64,000 nucleotides of DNA from Candidatus Daviesbacteria bacterium RIFCSPLOWO2_01_FULL_39_23 (GCA_001776935.1 MFDN01000005.1:2505-66504), one strand, 5' to 3'. Shown: positions 26,876-37,115, counted from the stretch's first letter. Made by a program: numbers and translations. The notes: a model not told the origin generated them from the sequence alone.

Positions 26876-27805
26876 TCATTTTAAAACTATTGGTCTGGAA
26901 GCGGGTTTTTCAACACCTGAGGGATTTGGAATTAATTTCAACTTTTGATCTTCATAATTCGTATAAAATTGAGGGTCAACCCTGCGTGCATAAAAAGTTA
27001 AGGTGTCACATTTGCGTCCATTTCGTGTTCCTGATCCATCTACCATGCCTACATGCGGCAGATTTTGGAAATTTAGTCCATAAACTAACCTTAAAGCTCT
27101 ATTGATCATTCTTGCATGTTCAATTGTTTGTTTAACAACCTCAGGTCTTTGAGCTTCAGTCATATTAGTGTAAGATTGATTTCCTCTCATGCCTATTAAC
27201 AGTTGGTCGATTCCTTTAGTATACAAACCTCCTTTATTGTTAGTTACGTCATCATCATCAGTCATATAGCGAACAACAGATAAAGCATATAAAAGCTGGC
27301 GTTGTTCTTGAGCGTTCACTGGTCTCCCCTCAGGCATAAAATCAAACCTTAACAAAGATTTTAAATCTGCAGTGCGCTTGGCAAAAAATTCCTCTGTTCC
27401 GCGCGTATAATCAATATCCGGCTGTTCTTCCAATATTTTTACTATATTTGCCACTACTTGAGGCATAAGCTCTTTTAAAATAAAACCAGCCTCTTTAACC
27501 ACTAAATCCCGGCTATATGGATCTTCTCCCAACCGGATGGTACCCGGATCTAGCGTTGGTCTCCCTCCAAATTCTTTTCCTTTGCGTTCTTCAACAGCTT
27601 TTCCCCATTGCTCCCACTTAGCTTCTACCGGTTCATAATAATCTCTTAGTTGCTTGCGTTCCTCTAAAGAAGGTAGCTCAAGAGTATCAAGAAATCTCTC
27701 TAACCCTGATCTTTTTTGTTCGGCTGAAGGCGGAATATCCTTTTGCAACCCTGTATGTCCAGCTGATAGCTGTATACCTAATTCAATTGCATTTGAATCA
27801 TTCAT
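26876..27805 (-). CDS. Hypothetical protein
   Basis: 309-aa ORF, no motif recognised. Confidence 0.7.
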   Translation of the reverse strand: MNDSNAIELGIQLSAGHTGLQKDIPPSAEQKRSGLERFLDTLELPSLEERKQLRDYYEPVEAKWEQWGKAVEERKGKEFGGRPTLDPGTIRLGEDPYSRDLVVKEAGFILKELMPQVVANIVKILEEQPDIDYTRGTEEFFAKRTADLKSLLRFDFMPEGRPVNAQEQRQLLYALSVVRYMTDDDDVTNNKGGLYTKGIDQLLIGMRGNQSYTNMTEAQRPEVVKQTIEHARMINRALRLVYGLNFQNLPHVGMVDGSGTRNGRKCDTLTFYARRVDPQFYTNYEDQKLKLIPNPSGVEKPASRPIVLK

Positions 27806-27808
27806 ATT

Positions 27809-28153
27809 TTAAGTATACTCTTTTAACATTTCTTTAATTTGCTTCCTAAGAAACGGTAAATCTTCCTGTATGGTTTTCCATAGTATTTCCAAATCAACTC
27901 CAAAATACTCATGAAGCACTTTATTTCTCATACTAATCATCCTGCTCCAGGGAATATCCGGATATTCCTCTACAAGTTCTTCCGGCATATTCCGGGCTGC
28001 TTCACCCAAAATTTCCAAATTTCTCACCACCGCATCTATTGTTTTCCAGTCATCATTAAGATCATCAAAAGACAAATTTCTAGTATAATCTTCAATCCTT
28101 AAAAGCGAGGTTAGAATATCCTGAAGATACAAAAGCGGCTTTCTTTTAGACAT
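27809..28153 (-). CDS. HepT/DUF86 HEPN ribonuclease toxin
   Basis: DAVVRNLEILGEAA, MRNKVLHEYF (RX4H). Confidence 0.92.
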   Translation of the reverse strand: MSKRKPLLYLQDILTSLLRIEDYTRNLSFDDLNDDWKTIDAVVRNLEILGEAARNMPEELVEEYPDIPWSRMISMRNKVLHEYFGVDLEILWKTIQEDLPFLRKQIKEMLKEYT

Positions 28154-28436
28154 AACTTACTTCTTGCAATATTTCATTCTTAATAGCTGGCTTTAATGCC
28201 TTTTTGGTCACCAGATCTACTTTTTTGCCGGTTAACTTACCTAAGAATTCTTCCAACTCAATAAATTTGAAAAACCCCACTGGTTTTGAGAACTCCACCA
28301 GCATATCAATATCGCTGCCCCCTCTTTCATCCCCTCTGCTAAATGACCCGAAAACGCCAATAGTTTTTACTCCATACTGGCTTTTTAAAATGTCCATATT
28401 TTTCTGTAAAACACCTTTAATTTGATTGATTTTCAT
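28146..28436 (-). CDS. MNT nucleotidyltransferase antitoxin
   Basis: FGSFSRG, SDIDMLVEF; overlaps the HEPN gene. Confidence 0.92.
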   Translation of the reverse strand: MKINQIKGVLQKNMDILKSQYGVKTIGVFGSFSRGDERGGSDIDMLVEFSKPVGFFKFIELEEFLGKLTGKKVDLVTKKALKPAIKNEILQEVSYV

Positions 28437-28443
28437 ACAAATA

Positions 28444-29526
28444 TTATATCACCTTTCCATATGGGCCGAAGATGTTTTGGCCATCGTATACCAGCTGCTC
28501 CCTTAGCACTACTTTTTTCACCCTGCCGGTAACTTCCATGCCGTTAAAGGGAGTCCAGCCGCATTTGGTAAATAAGCGTTCAGCGTTTAGCGTATAGCGT
28601 ATAGCTGGATCAACTTCTACAAAGGTATTTTCCTGCTCAGGTAAAGAAAAGATTCTTTTTGGATTTGTGTGTGTCAATTCAATTAATCTGTCTAAACTCA
28701 ACCTGCCATCATTTACAGCTGTTAAAAGCAGCGGTAATGTAGTTTCAAGTCCCGGCACCCCAAACATTGGTTTTTCTCCCATCTTTTCCTCTCTAGTGTG
28801 AGGCGCATGATCAGAAGCTACTATATCTATAGTTCCATCAATGACTGCCTGCCACAGCACTTCCTGATCCTCTTTGCTTTCAAGAGGCGGTTTCATCATG
28901 CCATATGATCCCAGCCTTTCAACATCAGTATCTTTTAAAAACAAATGATGGCAAGCCACTTCACAGCTTATTTTCATACCCTCTGCTTTGGCGGCTTTGA
29001 TCAATTCAATTTCTCTTTTTAAGGACACATGACAAACATGCAGTTTAAGATCTCCAGATCGCAAGCTTTGCTTATTTCCAAACCTTTTAGCCAAACTTAT
29101 GGCTTTTTCTAAAGTCTCCCCTTCTGCATGCACCATTAATACTTTTTCTTTTGGCCAGGAAGAAAAAACTTTCTCTAAAACCTGATCATCGCTCATCAAT
29201 AAATCCCCGGTGGTTTGATTCATATAAACTTTCAGTCCAAAAACTTGCTCTGCCACCTGAGGAAAGTATTGGACACTGCTTTCACTGGCCCCAAAATGAA
29301 ATCCAATATCACAATACACCCTACCCTCAGCCAGTTTCTTTTTCGATGATAAAGCTTCCGGGTTAATTGTGGCAATTGGATTATTGGGCATATCCAAAAC
29401 TTGGGTAAAACCGCCGGCAATAGCTGCTTTGGTGCCTGTTTGAAAATCCTCTTTTTGGGTGGCTCCCGGTTCCCGTAGGTGTACATGAGTATCAATAAGG
29501 CCGGGCAAAGTAATTATCTTTGACAT
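28444..29526 (-). CDS. pyrC: Dihydroorotase
   Basis: PGLIDTHVHLREPG, DMPN, SDHAPH. Confidence 0.93.
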   Translation of the reverse strand: MSKIITLPGLIDTHVHLREPGATQKEDFQTGTKAAIAGGFTQVLDMPNNPIATINPEALSSKKKLAEGRVYCDIGFHFGASESSVQYFPQVAEQVFGLKVYMNQTTGDLLMSDDQVLEKVFSSWPKEKVLMVHAEGETLEKAISLAKRFGNKQSLRSGDLKLHVCHVSLKREIELIKAAKAEGMKISCEVACHHLFLKDTDVERLGSYGMMKPPLESKEDQEVLWQAVIDGTIDIVASDHAPHTREEKMGEKPMFGVPGLETTLPLLLTAVNDGRLSLDRLIELTHTNPKRIFSLPEQENTFVEVDPAIRYTLNAERLFTKCGWTPFNGMEVTGRVKKVVLREQLVYDGQNIFGPYGKVI

Positions 29527-29560
29527 AAAGATAATTATACATGTATATTAAGTAGGCACA

Positions 29561-29830
29561 ATGACTGAATCTAAACAACAAGAAAGAAAGTTTCATCAAG
29601 AACTTCTCCAGCAACTTGTAACTTTATCCACCTCTGGTTTTGGTCTGGTGGCAGCATTAGCCTGGAATGAAGCCATCCAAAGCTTTGTCAAGGTCAATAT
29701 TGAACCATACTTTCCTTCCCAAACCGGCGTGATTTCCAAATTCTTTTATGCTCTTTTAATTACCTTTTTTGCAGTCTTAATTACCTATCAGCTCTCCCGT
29801 TTAGCCTCCCGCTGGGGAATTAAGAAGTAA
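29561..29830 (+). CDS. DUF5654-like small membrane protein
   Basis: GFGLVAALAWNEAI. Confidence 0.78.
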   Translation: MTESKQQERKFHQELLQQLVTLSTSGFGLVAALAWNEAIQSFVKVNIEPYFPSQTGVISKFFYALLITFFAVLITYQLSRLASRWGIKK

Positions 29831-30875
29831 TTTGCCCATCCTCTACTTTTAATATCCTGGCTGAATCTAAAAATTCCTGCGGGATGTGTTCAAGCTCCAC
29901 TGTCGCAATCACTGTTTGCTGTTTTGAGACCACTTCCACTACGTGCGCCCTGTGCGCAGCGTCCAGTTCTGAGAAAACATCATCAAGTAAAAGTATCGGC
30001 CTTTTGCCCATTATCTTGGCCATATATTCAAGCTGGGCAAGCTTAAAAGCCAAAGTTGCCGTCCTTTGCTCCCCTCTGGAGCCGAAACGAGCAATATTAC
30101 GGTCTTCCAGAAAAAATGAAAAATCATCCCTGTGAGGTCCTATCATGGTTGCAGCTGCAGCAACTTCCCTGCCGTTTGTCTCCGCCAGCCTTTTTTCACT
30201 TACTGCACTGGGCTTATATTCAAATATAAATTCTCCCAGCGGCTTTTCCAAAACATTGATAAATTCAAAAAAACTTTGCCTTTTATCAGTTATTTTCAGC
30301 CCCTGCGCTATTAAACCATCTGTCCAAAAAGTAAGCTCGGAAAGCTTGCCATGCCCCTCCCTTATGCTTTTTAAAACCCTGTTTCTGGCTGTTAAGAACT
30401 GTTCGTAAGCAGTCAAAACCTTTTTATAATTCACATCAATTTGGGCAAGGCACAAATCCAAATGCCATCTCCTAAGTGTTGGCGGGCCGCTTACCATATT
30501 TATATCAGAAGGGTAAAAAATAACTGCAGGTAAGTTGCCAATAAAATCTGCAGCTCTGCGGGGAATCCCGTTAACAAGCACTTTCTTTTTAAAAAAAACT
30601 TCTTCTGTAGGTTTGTTTATAATCACCAAAAGCTCACTGTCTCCCCCGTTTGTTAGGAATCCTTCAACCCTTGCAAAATCTGTATCTTTTTTTATTAGTT
30701 CATCCTCTGTCTCAGCCCGTAATGATTTTGTGGTGGAAAGAAGATATATAGCCTCCAGCAAATTAGATTTACCGGCAGCATTGTTGCCGATTAAAAGCGT
30801 TGGGCGCTGGTCGAATTGTAACTCCAGCTGTGAATAATTCCGAAAGTTTGTTAAATTAATTTGCTTAAGAAACAT
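29820..30875 (-). CDS. recF: DNA replication/repair protein RecF
   Basis: NFRNY, GNNAAGKSNLLEAI, GPHRDD, SRGEQR, LLLDDVFSELD. Confidence 0.96.
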   Translation of the reverse strand: MFLKQINLTNFRNYSQLELQFDQRPTLLIGNNAAGKSNLLEAIYLLSTTKSLRAETEDELIKKDTDFARVEGFLTNGGDSELLVIINKPTEEVFFKKKVLVNGIPRRAADFIGNLPAVIFYPSDINMVSGPPTLRRWHLDLCLAQIDVNYKKVLTAYEQFLTARNRVLKSIREGHGKLSELTFWTDGLIAQGLKITDKRQSFFEFINVLEKPLGEFIFEYKPSAVSEKRLAETNGREVAAAATMIGPHRDDFSFFLEDRNIARFGSRGEQRTATLAFKLAQLEYMAKIMGKRPILLLDDVFSELDAAHRAHVVEVVSKQQTVIATVELEHIPQEFLDSARILKVEDGQITS

Positions 30876-30879
30876 CCCT

Positions 30880-30963
30880 TAGTAAGTATTAAGTAGTATG
30901 TAGTAGGTATTATGGGTAAAAAGCATTAAACCCTTAATACATTCTACTTGATACTGAATACTA
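30880..30963. repeat. Degenerate inverted short-period array (AGTA../..TACT)
   Basis: AGTAAGTATTAAGTAGTATGTAGTAGGTAT ... ATACATTCTACTTGATACTGAATACTA. Confidence 0.55.
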
Positions 30964-32334
30964 TTTCCCCTCCCAATGCCCTAGTCCTAAAAACTCTCTG
31001 ACTTTGTAGGACAGATCTTCTTTCTTGAAAAAAAGGCTTGGCTTTAACCCAAACATTCCCACCACTATTATTACCAATCCTAACGCAATAAAAATTGGAG
31101 TTGTCCCAAAAATATCAGCTAAAATACCTGTTAAAAAAATCGGGATCAAAGATAAGCCGGACATAGCCACCCCGAGCACTGAAAATACTTTTCCCCTGTC
31201 CTCTTCCGGAGTGTTTTCCTGCAGGACTGTTTGCGAGGGAATTAAAATTGAAACCAAAGCTACTCCCATTAAAAATGATCCTACAATCAGTACCTTTGAA
31301 AGCGGCAGTTGATACAAAAAAGGTACCGGCCTGGGATTGCCAAAATAATGAACTGCGGGAGATATAAGCGGAGCAACACCCACTAAAAGAAGCAGTAATC
31401 CTGCAAAAAGGATTGCCCTAGAAACCAACCTTCTTTTAATTAAACTGCTGCCAAACTTGCCTAGAACTACGCCTCCTATGACAATTCCAAGCCCCAAAGG
31501 TATAACCAATACATAAGAGGCGTCTGTTGCCTTAATCTGCAATGATTTTTCCAAAAATCCCGGAGCAAGCACTGCCATAATGCCTATTCCCATCTGCACC
31601 CCTGCCAAAATGACTATGGATGATAAAACAAGCAGCTTACCTCTTATAAGTCCTATCGTTTCTTTAATCTCAAAAACTCCTATCCTCCACATCCTTGAAT
31701 ATTTCTTGTGTACAAGAGCCCAGATCAATTCCTTGCCTTGCGCATCAGGAGTAGATTTTATTGAAGGAAACATTAAAGAAAACAAGAATGCTATTGCAAG
31801 GAATACTCCTCCCAAACCAAATACAAAATTAATACCTACATGATTAATTAAAGGCCCTGCTAGTCCAAATCCCAGTAAAAAGCAGGAATAGAGTGTTGCA
31901 GAAAATAAAGAATTTGCAGCAAGCAGTTGATTTTTCTTAACAACAATAGGGATAGCAGAAGCCTCAGCTGGTGCATAAAATTGGGCCAATGCATTAATCA
32001 GAAAAGTAACCCCTAAGATTGCAGGAAAACTGCCTTTTAGAAAAATCAGGCTGAAAAATAGCAAACAAAGGAAAAAATCTATCATCATGATAATTTTGCG
32101 CCGGTCTGTAATATCCACCAGCACTCCGCTGAATAAACCCAAAATAACTGCCGGAAGATAGATTGCAAAGATTAAAAAAGACACTGCAGTATTGGAGTCT
32201 GTTAATTTAAAAACCCAAATTATAAGGGCAAAATTTAACGAATTAAAAGATAATTGAACTAAAAATTGATTGAACCACAGATTTAAAAAACCCCGATTTC
32301 TTACAACCGAGGCAAATGTAGATTTTTCAGCCAT
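30961..32334 (-). CDS. MFS transporter
   Basis: About 12 TM segments, GVLVDITDRRK motif A. Confidence 0.9.
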   Translation of the reverse strand: MAEKSTFASVVRNRGFLNLWFNQFLVQLSFNSLNFALIIWVFKLTDSNTAVSFLIFAIYLPAVILGLFSGVLVDITDRRKIIMMIDFFLCLLFFSLIFLKGSFPAILGVTFLINALAQFYAPAEASAIPIVVKKNQLLAANSLFSATLYSCFLLGFGLAGPLINHVGINFVFGLGGVFLAIAFLFSLMFPSIKSTPDAQGKELIWALVHKKYSRMWRIGVFEIKETIGLIRGKLLVLSSIVILAGVQMGIGIMAVLAPGFLEKSLQIKATDASYVLVIPLGLGIVIGGVVLGKFGSSLIKRRLVSRAILFAGLLLLLVGVAPLISPAVHYFGNPRPVPFLYQLPLSKVLIVGSFLMGVALVSILIPSQTVLQENTPEEDRGKVFSVLGVAMSGLSLIPIFLTGILADIFGTTPIFIALGLVIIVVGMFGLKPSLFFKKEDLSYKVREFLGLGHWEGK

Positions 32335-32376
32335 AATACAACGCTTTGTATGATTATTATAGCAGTTTCAGAAAGT

Positions 32377-33321
32377 TCACTTTTGACAATGGAGACAAAA
32401 GTATGTGCCGCGGCCTGCTAAGGCAATTTTTTTAATTTCTGTTTTGCACATTTTGCAAGGATGTTTGTCCCGCCAATACACATAGGCGTAATCTAAAAAA
32501 TAGCCTTTGTGGCCTTCCGGATCTACAAAATGCGCCCGGGTGGACCCGCCGCGTTTTATCCCCTCTTTTAAAGCTTTAATAATGCCCTCAAAAAGTGATT
32601 TAAACTGTTTATCAGTTAAATCCCCGACTTTTGTTCGCGGATCAATTTTAGCATTAAAACAAGCTTCATTTGAATAAATATTCCCTATTCCGGAAACAGC
32701 ACTTTGATCCATAATCGCCACCTTAACCGGCATAGATTTATGCCTTAATAAATTCTGTTTCAAAACCTCCCAGGTAAATCCTTTTTCCAACGGCTCAGGT
32801 CCTAAATTTTTCAGAGAATTGTCAATTGCCAATTGTCCATTGTCAATTACCTTCACCCATCCAAAACGACGCTGGTCATTAAAATAAAGATGGGAGTTAT
32901 TCGAAAACGTAAATATAACTCTAGTGTGAGGATTCGGCATAGTTCCCAGCATATCTTCTGTGGGGTGCCCACCTATAAAACGCTTTTCGCTACTGGCTAT
33001 TCGCTTTTCGCTTGGAATATAAATAAGTTGGCCGGACATTTTTAGATGGAATAGAAGAGTTATTTGCTGTTCGCTATTGGCTGTTAGCTTTTTGCTTTTG
33101 GCTATTAGCGAACGGCGAATAGCTAATAGCTTTTCCCCTACGAGGTCTATACCGAGCAGTTTAGCTCTTCTCCATATTTTGAGTACATTTTTACCCTGGG
33201 CTAAATTAGGGTTCCCGATAAAGGATTTAGGAGAAAGAATTTGGATTTTTTGGATTTTCAACCCGATGATTTTTTTGGTCAACCCCAAACGGATAACTTC
33301 CACTTCCGGTAATTCAGGCAT
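32377..33321 (-). CDS. mutM: Formamidopyrimidine-DNA glycosylase
   Basis: MPELPEVE, HLKMSG, GIGNIY, C-terminal Zn finger. Confidence 0.96.
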   Translation of the reverse strand: MPELPEVEVIRLGLTKKIIGLKIQKIQILSPKSFIGNPNLAQGKNVLKIWRRAKLLGIDLVGEKLLAIRRSLIAKSKKLTANSEQQITLLFHLKMSGQLIYIPSEKRIASSEKRFIGGHPTEDMLGTMPNPHTRVIFTFSNNSHLYFNDQRRFGWVKVIDNGQLAIDNSLKNLGPEPLEKGFTWEVLKQNLLRHKSMPVKVAIMDQSAVSGIGNIYSNEACFNAKIDPRTKVGDLTDKQFKSLFEGIIKALKEGIKRGGSTRAHFVDPEGHKGYFLDYAYVYWRDKHPCKMCKTEIKKIALAGRGTYFCLHCQK

Positions 33322-33349
33322 ATTAGTATTTTAACATTTATACATTAGC

Positions 33350-34306
33350 TCAAGCTTTACTGGATAGTAAAAATTCCTTAAGACCAATAGCAGATTCATA
33401 ATCTCCAATCCAATACCCCCTCACTTCTTTATTTATCCACCTTAAAAGTCTCGTCAAAACAGGCTCCGGTCCAAATTCCAAGAAATTCCTAATTCCAGAA
33501 TTAATCATTAATTCCACCTCTTTCTGCCAGTAAACGGGTTTTCTAATTTGCTCCCTTAAACTTTGCTGTATTTCTGATCCTAATTTGGAAAATCTCGGCT
33601 CTTCACCATTAATAACGAAAGGCACTTCAGAATCCATGAATTCTATATTAGATAATTCTTTCTCATCAAACTTATCCGAGGCAACTGCCATCAGTTTTGG
33701 ATGATGAGCAGCTAAAGGTACTGCAATTGCTGTTGCCCTTGCTCCAACTTTAGGCGCTTCAGCTATGACTAGTTTGATTTCTTCTTGGCTACCACTGAAA
33801 ACTGTTTGTTTCGAACTGTTAAAATTTACCGGCACAGCATTTGACCTGCGATGAAGTTCTTCAATAACTTGCGGATCTCTATATCCCATTACAACTGCCA
33901 TTCCACCCACTCCGCCAAATTTCTCCATTATCTCCCCTCTTCGTCGAACCAAATAAATTACATCTTCCAACCTTACCTTCCTTGCTGCTGCGGAAGCAGC
34001 ATATTTCCCCAAACTATGTCCTGTTGCTGCATCAGGATCTTCTGCAAAAAATTCCCCATACATCTCTTTAGCAGCAGCTAGAGCTGCAATGCTGTAAACT
34101 CCAGTATAAAGTTGTATCTTGCTGGATTTTGCCAAATCTTCTACCGGACCATCTTTCACTAAACCCGAAAAAGAATAGCCTAACACTTTATCTGCCTTTG
34201 CAAAAACCTTCTGAGCTGCCGGAGACCAGGCTAATTTATCCCACAGACCAATTTGCGGCTCTAATCCTTGACCGGGAAATATATATGCGACCTTCATTCT
34301 CTCCAT
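33350..34306 (-). CDS. FabD-like malonyl-CoA:ACP transacylase
   Basis: FPGQG, GHSLG, EFGP. Confidence 0.82.
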   Translation of the reverse strand: MERMKVAYIFPGQGLEPQIGLWDKLAWSPAAQKVFAKADKVLGYSFSGLVKDGPVEDLAKSSKIQLYTGVYSIAALAAAKEMYGEFFAEDPDAATGHSLGKYAASAAARKVRLEDVIYLVRRRGEIMEKFGGVGGMAVVMGYRDPQVIEELHRRSNAVPVNFNSSKQTVFSGSQEEIKLVIAEAPKVGARATAIAVPLAAHHPKLMAVASDKFDEKELSNIEFMDSEVPFVINGEEPRFSKLGSEIQQSLREQIRKPVYWQKEVELMINSGIRNFLEFGPEPVLTRLLRWINKEVRGYWIGDYESAIGLKEFLLSSKA

Positions 34307-34350
34307 ACCGGCTATCTTATAGCAGAATTAAAGATGCTAAGTCAATTCAT

Positions 34351-34930
34351 CTGACAAAATATGTCACGATCGTATCATATTTTGTCGCTGGGGCCATACT
34401 TATCTGATTCAAAAACCCAAACCCACTTCTCTACCCCCAAATCTTTAATGTAAGCAAATAATTTATCCGTAATATTTTTTTTAGAAATCCAGACACTTTT
34501 TTGGAAGTGCTTAAAACCCCACTTTTTGAGATTCCTTCTAAACAAATCCCTTATTAATCTTTTTTGTTCCGGAATATCAAAAATAACTACCCGCCACTTG
34601 CCATCCCACTGATCAGTCTCAACGTCAGAAAAAAGTATTTGAGTTCTACCTTCATCTGTTAATTTTAAAATAATCTCTCCGGAATTAATTTTCTCTTCCT
34701 TAATATAACCCTTTTCTCTTAATCTTTTGATTGCTATTGATAATGATGATTTGTTTAAAGGATATTCCCAGCCGCTGCCATCGTAGTAGTAATGAGTATT
34801 AAACATAACATCCTCAAACCTGATATAACCATCCGCCGCTTTTTCTAAAGCCAACAGCACCCACCAACCGGCACTCTTCTTTTGCAATCCCATGCACAAA
34901 ACATTACACGATCGTTGAATGTTTTGTCAA
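34351..34930. repeat. Imperfect 28-bp inverted repeats bracketing the PaaX-like gene
   Basis: 34351-34378 CTGACAAAATATGTCACGATCGTATCAT vs reverse complement of 34903-34930 TTGACAAAACATTCAACGATCGTGTAAT. Confidence 0.7.
34375..34893 (-). CDS. PaaX-like regulator, paralog of 20078-20581
   Basis: WDGKWRVVIFDIPE, RRNLKKWGFKHFQKSVW; ATG 34893. Confidence 0.82.
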   Translation of the reverse strand: MGLQKKSAGWWVLLALEKAADGYIRFEDVMFNTHYYYDGSGWEYPLNKSSLSIAIKRLREKGYIKEEKINSGEIILKLTDEGRTQILFSDVETDQWDGKWRVVIFDIPEQKRLIRDLFRRNLKKWGFKHFQKSVWISKKNITDKLFAYIKDLGVEKWVWVFESDKYGPSDKI

Positions 34931-35005
34931 TTAGTCAGCCTGAGGGAATTGATTAGATTCTTTATCGACTTAATTGTTTATCAAAAGTGATGCTATACTC
35001 AAAGC

Positions 35006-35593
35006 ATGATCAATGAAAACTTTGTAATATTGGGCATTTTGATACAAATACTCGGCAGCCTAAAGTATCTAATCGAAACTATCCAGGGAAAAATAAAACC
35101 TAATAGAGTGACATTCTTCCTGTGGACTTTGGCACCCCTCATTGCTTTTGCTGCCCAGGTTACGCAAGGCGTCGGGATGTCATCACTGATCACTTTTGGT
35201 TTTGGATTTTCTCCCCTGCTGATTCTTATAGCCTCTTTTGTTAGCAAAAAAGCATACTGGAAGCTTGGCTTATTTGATTTTACCTGTGGCTTTCTGTCTG
35301 TATTAGGCTTACTCTTGTGGTATCTGACACAAGTAGGGAATATTGCCATAATATTTGCCATTCTGGCAGACGCGCTGGCAGCCTTACCGACTATGGTGAA
35401 AGCTTTTAAGTACCCTGAGACTGAAGATGGATGGTATTATATGGCTTTTGCTGTTAGTATAATTTTGAGCTTATTAACCATCAAAACTTGGGATTTTGCG
35501 CACCTAGGTTTCCCTGTTTATGGATTAGCACTTGATTTGACCATTTTCTCGTTTGCTTATTTTAAATTGGGAAAACTTCTTAAATCAGCTTAA
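35006..35593 (+). CDS. Integral membrane protein
   Basis: Multiple TM segments, KPNRVTFFLW and PTMVKAFKYPETE. Confidence 0.75.
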   Translation: MINENFVILGILIQILGSLKYLIETIQGKIKPNRVTFFLWTLAPLIAFAAQVTQGVGMSSLITFGFGFSPLLILIASFVSKKAYWKLGLFDFTCGFLSVLGLLLWYLTQVGNIAIIFAILADALAALPTMVKAFKYPETEDGWYYMAFAVSIILSLLTIKTWDFAHLGFPVYGLALDLTIFSFAYFKLGKLLKSA

Positions 35594-36362
35594 CTAATCT
35601 CCCGCTTTTCAGGGCTTTTTTCAACGTAAAGGCAAAAAAGACAACCGAGGCAGAAAAATAAACAATATTTAAAACAAGTGCCACCCAAAAAGAGTTCACA
35701 TCAAATTGTCCGGTTTTTAGGGCATACCTCATCCCCTCAAAAACATGCGAGATAGGGATAAAAAAGGCAATTTTTTGGAAAAACGGCGGTAAAATACTAA
35801 TCGGATAAAATACAGCGGCAAAAGGCTGAACAAAAAACGGCAATATCCAGGTTAAGGGCCCAATGGAGTGACCATATTTTAAGACCAAAGAGACATTAAA
35901 AATCCCAAAGCTGGCTGCAAAAATAAACAAATTAATCCAAAGCAAAGCCAACCCAAACCCCAAAGCAGTAATCTGAAAATGATAAAAGATGCCTGCCATA
36001 AGTATCATAGAAGTAAAAGCGATTAAGATTTTTACTAAGCTAATACCAATAAGTGCCCCTAAGTATTCTGCAAATGTGATCGGAGATGCCAAAAGATTGA
36101 TGATATTACGGTCCCACACCTCATACATAAAATTAACCCCGATGTCGGTACTGACTTTTTCAAAAATTACCCACAACATCATCCCCCCGAGCAAAAATGC
36201 CGCCAGAGTTTGAGACTGGATATTTTGAACATATTGCGACAAAAATCCCCACAAAACTAACACCAGTATTGGCGAGATAATCACATCAAAAAACCTTTCC
36301 AGCTGATGCATGGTTGTAAAAATATGCCTTAAAATTATTGCAAAAACGCGGTTAAAATTCAT
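35580..36362 (-). CDS. ABC-2 type transporter permease
   Basis: Hydrophobic, FYPISILP, adjacent to an ATPase. Confidence 0.88.
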   Translation of the reverse strand: MNFNRVFAIILRHIFTTMHQLERFFDVIISPILVLVLWGFLSQYVQNIQSQTLAAFLLGGMMLWVIFEKVSTDIGVNFMYEVWDRNIINLLASPITFAEYLGALIGISLVKILIAFTSMILMAGIFYHFQITALGFGLALLWINLFIFAASFGIFNVSLVLKYGHSIGPLTWILPFFVQPFAAVFYPISILPPFFQKIAFFIPISHVFEGMRYALKTGQFDVNSFWVALVLNIVYFSASVVFFAFTLKKALKSGRLVKLI

Positions 36363-37105
36363 ACTCCTCCTCTTGATAAATGGATAAACACATCCCGTAA
36401 ATTGGCCTCCCCGGCTTCCAAATTCAACACTTTTTGGGTCAGTTCTAAAGGGCTGCCCTGGGCAATAATTTTTCCGTGATTAATAAAAATCACATTACCA
36501 GCTATTTCTTCTATCTCCCACATATTATGCGAGGTATAAAGAATCGTCATCCCTTCTTTTTTTTGAATCTGTTTTAACAAACGAATCCCTTTATCAACCA
36601 CATCAGGATCCATGGAAGCCATAGGCTCATCCAGCAACAAGAGTTTGGGTTTATTCAGCAGCGCCTTACAAAGATTAACCCGGGCCCGCTGGCCGGTAGA
36701 AAGATCACGGATGAGCTTATTTTTTACATCAGTCATCTCAAAAATTTCCAGCAGTTCTGTAATCCTTTTTTTATCATTCAACACTTCATATAATTTGGCA
36801 TAAACCAGTAAATTTTCCCAAATAGACAAAGTCCAGGGTAGATTAAAATCTGCCGAAGCATAATTTACATCTTTAAAAATCTCACTCCTGCCTTTTGCCA
36901 CATTTGTGCCGAAAATATTTATTTGGCCCCGGTCAGGACTGATCAGGCCTAAAATACAATAAATTGTGGTTGATTTGCCTGCTCCGTTAGGACCCAAAAA
37001 CCCCATGATCTGCCCTTCTTCAACAGAGAAAGAAATATCTTTGATTGCTTCAAAACCATTAAACTTTTTGGCCAGATTTTTAACTTCTAAAATGACATTA
37101 CTCAT
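36359..37105 (-). CDS. ABC transporter ATP-binding protein
   Basis: GPNGAGKST, LSTGQ, LLLDEP. Confidence 0.93.
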   Translation of the reverse strand: MSNVILEVKNLAKKFNGFEAIKDISFSVEEGQIMGFLGPNGAGKSTTIYCILGLISPDRGQINIFGTNVAKGRSEIFKDVNYASADFNLPWTLSIWENLLVYAKLYEVLNDKKRITELLEIFEMTDVKNKLIRDLSTGQRARVNLCKALLNKPKLLLLDEPMASMDPDVVDKGIRLLKQIQKKEGMTILYTSHNMWEIEEIAGNVIFINHGKIIAQGSPLELTQKVLNLEAGEANLRDVFIHLSRGGV

Positions 37106-37115
37106 ACTTCTCTAA

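Noticed and set aside
20078-34899. CRISPR-Cas locus suggested by the Cas2-like domains
   Set aside because: No repeat-spacer array and no cas1 or effector genes; the proteins fit PaaX-like regulators.
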